A stretch of DNA of 64,000 nt from the human T2T-CHM13v2.0 reference genome, Homo sapiens. The position numbers and the translations under genes were made by a program. The notes beneath the pieces are model-generated. The model saw nothing but the letters and a program-made list of their open reading frames with translations. It was not told the DNA's origin and searched no databases. Location: assembly GCF_009914755.1 (NCBI RefSeq), contig NC_060926.1. One strand, written 5' to 3'. Positions 52,633-64,000 of this stretch are shown in pieces (positions within the stretch are counted from its first letter, which is position 1; the number at the start of each line of letters is the position of its first letter).

Positions 52633-54624
52633 GAACCGTGAAAGACCCTGAGTAGCAAAAACAAACAAACAAAAAATCCTGAACAAAAAGAACAAAGCTG
52701 GAAATATTACACTACACGACCACAAATTATACTACAAAGCTAGAGTAACCAAAACAAGATTTTGGCAAATGCACACTCTCTCACGCTCTCTCTCACACAC
52801 ACACACGCACGCACACATAGACTAATGGAACAGAATAGGTAACTCAGAAATAAATCCACACACAGCCAACTGATTTTCAACAAAAGTATTAAGAACAGAT
52901 ATTGGGGAAAGGATGGTCTCTTCAATAAATGGTGCTGGAAAAACCACTTATCCCAGTGCAGAAGAATGAAACTAAGCCACCATCTCTCATCATATACAAA
53001 AATCAACTAAAAATGGGTTAAAGACTTAAACATAAGCCCGGAAACTATAAAACTACTAGAAGAAAACAAAGGAGAAACACTTCAGGATATTGGTATGGGC
53101 AGGGATTTTTTTGATAAGAACTTAAAAGCACAGGCAACACAAGCAAAAACAGACAAATGAGATTACATTGAACTAAAAAGCTTACATATAACAAAGGAAA
53201 CAATCCAGTGAGTGAAGAGACAACTTACAGAATGGAAGAATATACTTTTAAATTATGCATCTGACAAGGGGTTAATATCCTGAATGTATATGGAACTCAA
53301 ACAATTCAACAGCAAAATTCAAACAAACAAAAACAAATAATTTGATTTAAAAAATGAGCAAAAGACCTAATAGACTTTTCTTAAAGAAAGACATAAAAAG
53401 AGCCAATAGGTATATGAAATATATGCTCAATATCACTAATTGTCAGGAAAATACAAATCAAAACCACACTGAGATATCACTTCACCCAAATTAAAGTGAC
53501 TGTAATAAAAAAATAACAAATGCTGACGTGGATGTGGAGACATGAGAACCCTTATATACTGTTGGTAAAAATGTAAATTAGCACAGCCATTATGGGAAAC
53601 AGTATGGAAGTTTCTCAAAAAATTAGAATTACCATATGATTAGTAATCCCATACTGGATATTTACCCAAAGGAATTGAAATCAGTATGTTCAAGAAATGT
53701 CTGCAGTTCCGTTTATTGCAGCATTATTTACCACAGCCATGATATGGAATCAGTCTAAGTGTCCATCAATAGATGAATGGATAAAGTAATTGTGGTCTAT
53801 ATACACAATGGAATATTATTCAGCCATAAAAAGAACAAAATGCTGTCATTTACAGCAAGAAAGATGAACCTGGAGGTCATGTTAAGTAAAACAAGCCAAG
53901 TGCAGAAAGACAAATACCAGGTGATCTCATTCATTTGTGGTATTTTGAAAAGTTGATCTTGTAGACATACAGAGTAGAAAGTGGTCATGGAGGCTGAGGA
54001 TGATAGTGGGGAGGAAGGAGTGGAAAGCAATTGACCAGTGGGTACTAAATTACAGATAGGTAGGAATAAGGTCTGGTGTTGTATTGCAGTAGAGTGACTA
54101 TAGGTAACAATATTGTATCAAATATTTCAAAATAACTAGAAGAGAGGATTTTGAATGTTTGAATCACAAATAAATAATAAATGTTTGAGGTGATGGATAA
54201 GCTAAACACCCTGATTTAATCATTATACAAATATATGTGTATCAAAACATCACACTGCACCCCATAAACATGTATAATTCTTATGTGCCAATTAAAAATA
54301 AAACAAAAAATATGGCTGAATCATGACATATGAATATGTCAGTCATAGTATAGAAATCAGATATTTATACTATGTACTTTGATAAATCCTTACTGTGAAC
54401 ATTGGTAAATTTCATGGTGCATTCAAAATGCATCTTTATGTCTAATTTAAATACTGCATTCTATAACTCACCTTTGTACATTGAAAATGGATAAAAATGG
54501 ATCATTTGAGTGAAAATCATTATGGTTTCTTGAATAGGAATCTTCCAGAGAGTTATTAATAATCTTCATTTGACAAGTAGTTTCAATTAATGGGTATACC
54601 CAACAACCTGCTGAGGCGGATAGG

Positions 54625-54935
54625 ATGTTTACTTTTCCATAGCGAAGCTTGTTGTTTGGGGAAGTTAAGTGACTAAGGTCACAGGGTGAGTCAGAATCAA
54701 GACACAACTCCAATATTCCACAAATTCTCTCCAGTCTCAGCATGTCCCTTGAAAAGGAACAAATGGAAATTCACCATTGAATAATGGCTTTATAATTAAC
54801 TTCACACACAACATTTCAATAAAAATTCACTGCTACTCAATGAGAGTAGTAGTATTTCTATTTTAATGATAAAGAAACACAGGCTCAAAAATTAACCTTT
54901 CAGGTTTATTGGTTTGGGCTTGGAAAGTGGTGACA
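54625..54935 (-). mobile_element. Two MIR fragments
   Basis: GAAGTTAAGTGACTAAGGTCACAG..GTCAGAATCAAGAC and TATTTTAATGATAAAGAAACACAGGCTCA. Confidence 0.55.
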
Positions 54936-55367
54936 GGCAAATGTGAAGGATAGTTTTCTGATACTTAGCTTTTGGAATAATGTAGCGTCATAGAGGATTA
55001 CCACTTTCAAAGAAGACAACGGCTTTGTCCTCTTTTTCTCTCGTGACAGGATACTTAACAATTCTTGTTTTGGTTTAATACGTGTAGAAATACAATTCAA
55101 ATTCTAGTCAAGCCAGTGAGTTTCTCCAGTAAGGAGACCATTAAAAAGAAGGTAAACTTAAAATTGCTAAACAGATCATTAAATGAAGCTGGAGTTTGAT
55201 ATAGGACCTGCGTAGGGGAAAGTGGGGAACTGATATTGTAACAATATCAAAATACTATTGAGAAGGTACAATTGGGTGAATGTAGCTAGCATTAATGATG
55301 CAATAAAAGTCACACATGACTTGTGTCTGAAGACCTACAGGGGGAAGGGGTCTTTTATCCTAGGTTA

Positions 55368-55677
55368 CAGTAGTTCCTTCTTATCCACAGTTTTTGTTTC
55401 TGTGATTTCAATTATCCATGGTCAACCACAAACTGAAAATATTTTGAGAGAAAGAGAGAAAGACCACATTCACATATTTTCATTACACTATATTGTTATA
55501 ATTATTCTATTTTATTATTTGATATTGTTAGTCTCTTACTGTGATTAATTTTCAAATTAAACTTTATCATATGTATGCAAAAGAAAAACAGTATATATAG
55601 GTTTTGATAATATCTGTGGTTTCAGGCATCCACTGGGGCTTTTGGAATGCAGTTCCTGCAGATAGGGGGATCTACAG
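55368..55677 (+). mobile_element. MER44A (Tigger7-derived TcMar MITE)
   Basis: TA|CAGTAGTTCCTTCTTATCCACAG..GACCACATTCACATA..TTTCAGGCATCCACTGGGG..GATAGGGGGATCTACAG. Confidence 0.85.
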
Positions 55678-55870
55678 TGCTGAGTTGAAATCTTCTGTAT
55701 GCTTCTATATAAAGTTGCTGGATAAATTTGTTTCTGTTTCAATTCTATATATCTTCAGAGGGGTTAGTTCCTAATTTCCTTGCATTTGGAAAATAATGAG
55801 CACTCTGCTAAAATTTTAGCTTGTTCATTGGATTTATTTATTCCCCCCTCATTTTTTTTGAAAGAAAATG

Positions 55871-56022
55871 TTTTCCCTTCCCTTCCCTTCCCTTCCCTTC
55901 CCTTCCCTTCCCCTCCCTTCCCTCCCCTCCCCTCCCCTCCCCTCCCACTCCTCCTCCCCCTCCCCCTCCCCCTCCCCTTTCCCTTCCCTTCCTTTCTCTT
56001 TTCACTTTTCCTTTTCCTTTCC
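55871..56022. repeat. Polypyrimidine (CCCTT)n/(CCCCT)n tract grown from an Alu tail
   Basis: Directly visible, almost purine-free on the + strand. Confidence 0.95.
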
Positions 56023-56298
56023 AAAAGGTTCCCCTCTGTTGGCCAGGCTGAAGTGCAGTGGCACAATCTTGGCTCAAGGCAGCCTCTGCCTCTTGGGCTT
56101 AAGTGATCCTCCCACCTCAGCCTCCCAAGTAGTTGAGACTACAGGTGCATGCCACCATGCCCTCCTGGCTATTTTTTATATTATTTGTAAAGATGGGTTT
56201 CCATCATATTGCTCAGGCTGGTCTCAAACTCCTGGGCTCAAGCGATCCTCCCATTTCAGCCTCCCTGGGATTACAGGTGTAAGCCACCATGCCTTGCC
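56020..56298 (-). mobile_element. AluJ
   Basis: Dimer with GGGCTCAAGCGATCCTCCC and GTGATCCTCCCACC. Confidence 0.9.
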
Positions 56299-57579
56299 TT
56301 CCCTCCCCTTTTTTAGATGGGATTTGAGTAGATAAATAAGACCAAGAAAAAGAGTAGAACACAAATATGCAAAGTCAAGGAATAATCTAGCTTTATAACA
56401 GAGTTCATCTTTTGTTTTGAGCTTCCTTCCAATTTGATCAAAAGTGACAAGTTCACTGAACTTTAATAGATATTTTTTTCTGGAGCTTGACAAAGGAAAC
56501 TCCCAATGATCAATGAAAATGATATTCAAAAGCATTTTTCAGGGATTCAATCATTTCCCTGACTCTCCTAGATAACTTTAATAAAACCAAAAGGCTTAAT
56601 GTAGTGCAACTCAGGGCAAGCAAATCTATGAGGCCTAAGCTAAGTGATCTACATGATACAAAAACCTGATGGTCTTTTTCAGTTCAAGGACAGAATTTTA
56701 GTACCAACCTAGTGGAGTGTGGCTAGGATGCCCCTAAGCAATCTTCCCTTTTGTTAAGAAAGAGCTGGAGGGCAGATATGAAGGTTAGGCTTTCTAACTG
56801 TTGAGAGCTGAGAGGCGCCACTAACATGCAGTATAAAGAAAGAGCCAGGACACAAAAATCTTGGCTCAATGACAGCAGCTCTGGGCAGAGAGGTTATCCA
56901 GCAGCATTAAGCTAGCTTACCCCATGGCCTGAAGCCACAGCTCCAGTTATTGCAGCAGCTTCCAAATCTGCAGTCCTTGGCTCTTGCTTGGCTATACTCT
57001 GGCATCCCTACTGCACAGCTCTGCTGGCTTTTTGGCCCTTGCTGTCCTTCACATCACTGCTTCTTGGATCATAGACTGAACTGAGAGCCAATTCCAAATC
57101 TCCAGTACCAATTCCCACTTCAACTTGGCTGATTCCAAACTTGCCAATTTTTGTGAAGGACCACAGAGGACAAAAGCCAGCCTGGTGGTGATCTGGTATA
57201 TCATATTGGCCATTGATTGAAGTTGTAAGTGTTAGAGACAAAATGAGTTATTTAGTACTGAGGTGCTCTCATGAAAGAGAAGGCCATCTTTTGGGGAGAA
57301 AGTCTAGGCTTTCCTGGGGTGCAGATGGTGGTGGCAGGTCTGGCTCACTCTGTTCATACATGGCTGATCCAGATCTCAAATCCATGTCCACTATCCCATA
57401 GCTCAAAGTTGTTTTTTGTTTTAAGTAAACCAAAGCCTATTAGCTTTTTGCCTTTTAAAATTCACACGGATACAAATTCATATAATTTTAGGTATATTAG
57501 TAATAATCCAGTTTAAAGGCTAGTAACGTGCAGATAGCCTATGATTCAAATTGGCCCCACAGATAACATTCCATGTTCT

Positions 57580-57581
<2 letters not shown>

Positions 57582-57619
<38 letters not shown>
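57582..57619. repeat. (AC)19 microsatellite
   Basis: Directly visible. Confidence 0.98.
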
Positions 57620-57621
<2 letters not shown>

Positions 57622-57847
57622 CAAAATAAACCAAAACTTGAATTCATAATCAATTTGTAAAATTTAGAAGACTTCATGTTTAAATCTAGATGTTCATATT
57701 TCTTTAAAATTAGATGTGCCGTATTTGGACTTACCTTCCCATATGCCATAAACAGCTGAAGCTGAGTGGCTTTGGCCCATGTTAGACCAATCATACACTC
57801 TCTAATTCCCTATCACCACCCCCTCCCAGTCTCCCTGACATGGGGTC

Positions 57848-58534
<687 letters not shown>

Positions 58535-58576
58535 GGCTCAAGGGTCAGTTACCATTGATCATATTGCCAGTCACTC

Positions 58577-58634
58577 CACCCTTCATGCACCAATATTACC
58601 TGCTCATGCACCCTTCATGCACCGATATTACCTG
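58577..58634. repeat. 26-bp direct repeat with 6-bp spacer
   Basis: CACCCTTCATGCACCAATATTACCTG - CTCATG - CACCCTTCATGCACCGATATTACCTG. Confidence 0.93.
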
Positions 58635-59485
58635 AAACCATTGAGCATGAGATCACCTGAGGTCATCCCCAGAGCACATTTTACCACTGAGGAATCTAAA
58701 ATCCACAGAAGTTGTCTCAACCCCGTTGGTCAGGATTAGATCCAACTGGCCTGGCTTTAAGTTTAGGAATATTTTTTCCTTTCCTGATATATCTTACTTT
58801 CCACATTTCTGTAGATTGATGTTTTATAATCAATGAGAATAATAATAAGCACCATATGTTAGATATTTACCTGTTATATCAAATCAAATGCATTAATATA
58901 CTTTATTTTCTTCATAGATAATCAAATGTAAATGGTTTTGGGAATCTCCATATGTATATCATTTTCCTTATGATATCATTCTTCAAAATTTTATCTTTTC
59001 TTTTTTTCTATAGACATTATAAATATTCTCCAAGATTAATTGGAGAGTTATTTTGGAGAGTTATTTTGGCAGGGAGATGTATAATGATTCACTTTATCTC
59101 ATCAAAACACATTAGTTCAAGATATGAAGCCTTGTTTACATGACTTAAAACAAATCAGACATTTCATTCAAAACATGTAATTTCATAAAAAGTCAGGAAA
59201 CTAATTGCTTAACATAAATTTACCCAAAAATACAATGCATTGCATTTATGGATCACTTTGCTAGCATTGCTCTATTGTCTATTTGTCTATGCCAGATGTG
59301 AGTAATAGCCTTGAAGATGTGTTACTCAAAGATCATTTGAAAAATGCCCAGAGAAGAGTCATAAAATTCATTCTATAGAATTGATGCTGGGAACTGAAAT
59401 GACATTTTCAGGAGATACATGAAAATGGGAACAGAAACTTGAGTGTCTAAGTGGAGAAAGGCTAAGCAGACTTGGAATGATACAT

Positions 59486-59566
59486 CTCTCCTCTCCTCTC
59501 CTCTCCTCTCCTCTCCTCTCCTCTCCTCTCCTCTCCTCTCCTCTCCTCTCCTGTCCTCTCCTCTCC
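59486..59566. repeat. (CTCTC)n pentanucleotide repeat
   Basis: 13 perfect units, then one CTGTC variant and two more units. Confidence 0.97.
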
Positions 59567-62112
59567 CTAATCCCCTACAAAATAAGAAATACAGTGCAGA
59601 CTGTATCAAATACATAAAGTAAGAAAAGACTCATTCATAAAACATACACCAGTACCCACTTCCTTATTTTCTCTCTCATGTTTTTGTTGTTGAGTAGACA
59701 GTCCCAAACTCCTTCCAAAATGGCCCCAAGCAAAGGAGAGAATGTATTTTAAGCTTTATTTCACTATGCATTAACTTTTATATACTTTTTCCTTTTTTGA
59801 AACAATATTTTTAAATAGAAAACTTAGAAAAGAAGAAATAGTATAAAAAATTATTATTGGAAAAAAACCCCTGTAAAAAATATCTAAATTGTACATGTTC
59901 TTGCTGGTGAAATCTGAGTCCTGCAGCAGACTTCCCAAAGCATATTGGCTCTGGGTTTCTGGGGGAAGGTGCTCTGGATCTCTTTTAAAAAGCACACATG
60001 CTGCTCCATGTGGTGCAGCAGCTGCTAAGGTAATGATGCATTTTTAGTGAAAAAATACCATAAATAAACATACAAAAAATCATATGAAACTCTCCAACTA
60101 AGCACAAAATTTGGCAGCAAGTTTAGAATCTAAAAAAAAAATTATAACTGATAAGATAATGTACCAGCCCAACCATTTCCAAATCTTATTTCTACCTACA
60201 TATTTATGCACATATTTATATAACACATATCACCATTATATTTACCTTTCCAACATGCCTGAGAACTTAATCCATGATTTCCAATGTTAATATATTCCAA
60301 AGGTATGGAGGACTCACGATTAAATGCCTCTGCCACTACATAAAATTAGTTAGCAATGAATTAACTAATTATATAATCAACGACTTTCTTTTGTTTCACT
60401 AAATTAAATGAAGACTTTTTTTCTGAATGATGACTGTAAGTCATTATTAGAAAATAAAGATGTTTTTCTATTTTCTTCTAATTATTAGCTATTTCTAAGG
60501 TACACTAAAAAGACCTGAAGTGGTTTATATGTACAGAAGAATCTAAATCTCTGTACTAATTTCACTTTATCTGAAATGACTCAACTAAAGTCATCAATTC
60601 ATTCATAGGATAGTTTAAAACCACATTAACTGTATATTAGCAGAGAAAAAATAATTAACTGGCAGAATAGAAGCACTAAAAAGATCTCGCAGCTGACCAG
60701 ATTTATAAAAATTAATATCATACAACATACTAACATCTGGATTGAAAGGATTCAATATACTAAGTTTAACAGGTAGAACTATCAAGGTGAAAAGACTCTT
60801 AAATAATAAAATTAATACATCCAATAACTGTCTGTCAATCACTTAAACAAAATTTAAGTGCAGAGAGTGGAACAACTGCATTGTCTTTACATTAGGTGAT
60901 CTATACAAGGTCTAAGAGCATTATTCAGAACTTTGACTAGAAATTATTTATTTATGATTCTAGTTTGCTATACTTGTGAAACTGGTTTAGTAAGGACATT
61001 GGCAATCCACCAACTTTAGGAGTTGTGAGGGAAGTTTGTTAAAAGGAGGAATGAAGACATAAATGAAAGAGAAGAAGGCAAGAATGAATAGTAGAAATGC
61101 TTTGGAGATTAGGTTAAAAAAGAACAACAAATTCTATATGGTTCCATCTTTATCTTTCCTTCCCTCCTTTCTTTCTTACCTTCAAACCACTTTGATTTTC
61201 CTTCCTCTTTCTTGCCTTCCAGTTAGGTATGAGGTGAGCCAGATAGGAGGTCTGCAAAAAATATACACCCACTACATCTACTAATATTGTGTGTATGCAC
61301 ATGTCATAAATTATACAGTGATGGAATACCCAGATGGGCCTGACATGTATTAGGGACACTAATATTTTGAGAGAAGTCCAACTTCAATTAACTTATCCAG
61401 AATTTTACAATAAAAAATTTAGAACAAGCTATTTTAAGCAAATAAATATGGATGATTTTTGTTTAATGACTTAATATTGTTTTCTTTGAGCTATATTTGG
61501 AGGTACAATCATTTCAATGCTTAGGGATTGAGGTTTTAATATAATCTGTTTTATGTTTTATGTTTCTGATACATCCCAAAATATTCCATCCTAGATAATG
61601 CTGGTCTACAACAGTTAAGTCTTTCCAGTGTTTCCAATAACCTATTGTTATCAGGTTAGATGCCTCCCTAAATCAAACTTATTTAAAAGAGAGCTGTAGT
61701 ATAGTAGGTGTGTGAATTTGCATGTACTCACATCTACACAAAACAAAACCTTTTTGCAGGTAGATCTAAAATAGTTCTCCATAACATTGTAGGTTTTAAC
61801 TATCCCAAATTTGGTTGTGATTATAATGAATTGGTTAAAGTAAAATACAAATGTCTTTCATAGAATAAGATGACACTTTTATTTATTAATAAAATAAATA
61901 CATAGAAACTAGTGCACAAAAATTATCTATGTAGCTCTGGATTAACTAATATGTTATAGAAACATAATTTTTATTGTGTTTATGTAATATGGAAAACCCA
62001 AACCAAAAATCTTTATTGTATCATGTTTAAATATAGATTTCCTGTTTGTCTGTTTTTTTTTTTTTGTAACTCCAATTTCATTTTTTAAATGTGGATATTA
62101 TGGCATTTATTC

Positions 62113-62241
62113 TTTGAAAACCTCACAGTGCCCAGGTCTCAACTCCAGAGAATTTAATTAGTCTGAGATGGGACCTAAACACTGGGGTTTTAAAAAGCTC
62201 CCCAGGTGATTTTTATGTGTGGCCAGGACTGAAAACCACTG
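62113..62241. mobile_element. MER5A1 partial
   Basis: TTTAATTAGTCTG..TAAAAAGCTCCCCAGGTGATT..GCCAGGACTGAAAACCACTG. Confidence 0.8.
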
Positions 62242-63128
62242 CATTGGAATTTGAGCATCAACCTTGAGGTCAATTGCATTATGAGCTAAATTCAACGCTG
62301 AACAATGGCATGTATGATTCAAGTCTTGAGGTTCATCTTTCTCACATTTCTCTGTCCCTCCTCTATTTTTCACTTACAATCTATTTATTATGATTCAAAC
62401 TTTAAACTAGAGGAGATCATTAATCATGGATATAATTTAGTGACAGCAGGGTCATGTCCCACTAAGTAAGTACACCTTGTTTGCCTCAAAATGCTAATCG
62501 TTTTTCTGCAACATTAATGAGGAACAATTGATATGAAGCCTAACAACCTAGTTGCTGTTTTATTGAAATAAAGTACTCTATTAGATTATGGCAAAACACA
62601 GCAAGGTTTAATTATGCAAAATTCTGAATCATATAACACCATACTTATGAAATTTTGGCACCAAGGAAGAGGGGAATTTTAATGACTTTCAAGATTTTCT
62701 GGAAAGAAGATTACAATTATAGAAGTTGTTACCTTGCATCTTCCCTGCAATAAGATATATCATTCTCAGGATAACTAATATTTCAGTTGCCTTTGCTTTT
62801 AGCTGTGAGGTTGTTAAAAGAGGAGATCCCCATTTTTCTTCTCTGAATATCTGCTGTTGCTTCCATTTATTCATTTAGAACTGTCTATTTTAAAAGAAAA
62901 GACCTCAAATTTACAACAGCAAATACAGAAGACCAAACTTAGGAACAGTTGGGAGGAACTACAGAATTTGTCCTCTCTGCTTATAATCTTGCAAACCTTT
63001 GAGATTCCTTGTGGTAGTATGAATTTCATGGTAGCATTTTACTTCACTGCTTTTGTAGTCTTAGAAAAGACCTCAAAGCAAAGTAACCAAGCATGTAATA
63101 TAGCTTGTGTTTAAAGTTACTGTGTTTA

Positions 63129-63484
<356 letters not shown>

Positions 63485-63775
63485 TCACCCTTAGAACAAA
63501 TTACAACTTAAAAACATACTATTATTAGAGTGTTTTTATGAACATTATAAAACGTGTTTTTGGCAACGTGTATTGTTGGACTTTACGGGACACCATTGCA
63601 CTTTTAAATCTCCCCGATTTGATCCCTTGTCTCTATTGGCACCTATTTGAATCTTGATAAAAAATGATAACTAATTTTTATACTATTTACAAAGATTGTT
63701 TAAGGCTAGCAATGATGAGTCCTTTAGTATGTTTCAGTTCCAAGAAATATGATTGTCTTTAAGACGACAGCACAG

Positions 63776-64000
63776 GGCCGGGTGCGGTGGCTCAAGCCTG
63801 TAATCCCAGCACTTTGGGAAGCCAAGGTGGCGGATTACCTGAGGTCAGGAGTTCAAGACCAGCCTGGCCAACATGGAGAAACCCCGTCTCTACTAAAAAT
63901 ACAAAAAATTAGCTGGGCATGGTGGCAGGCACATGTAATCCCAGCTACTTGGGAGGCAGAGGCAGGAGAATCGCTTGAACCCGGGAGGCAGCGGTTGTAG
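63776..64000 (+). mobile_element. AluS (runs off the window end)
   Basis: GGCCGGGTGCGGTGGCTCA..ACCTGAGGTCAGGAGTTC.. Confidence 0.93.

Overview
This is mammalian, AT-rich, non-coding genomic DNA. It is almost certainly human, because it carries two near-consensus AluYa5 elements plus primate ERV9 (LTR12C) and HERV-W (LTR17) solo LTRs. I found no convincing protein-coding exon, processed pseudogene, rRNA/tRNA gene or CRISPR array, and I could not name the locus; it reads as a large intron or intergenic region. The supplied ORFs are Alu-, LTR-, L1- or microsatellite-derived, or chance. Roughly half the window is transposon fossil: about 17 Alu elements or fragments, a full-length old L1MA (46.5-54.3 kb) with a nested Alu and LTR17, an LTR12C, several MaLR/ERVL LTRs, L2, MIR, hAT and Tigger elements, and a long, nested CR1/L3 LINE with readable RT motifs. 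I see no evidence for a new multi-gene biological system. The most notable observations are: (1) an inverted pair of AluYa5 copies 25 kb apart that share the same non-consensus, non-CpG substitution; (2) a three-layer MER117/AluY/LTR12C nest whose insertion order can be read from the target-site duplications (TSDs); (3) three independent short inverted template-switch insertions; (4) the L3 fossil. Repeat subfamily names are by-eye matches to remembered consensus sequences, and boundaries of old elements are approximate.
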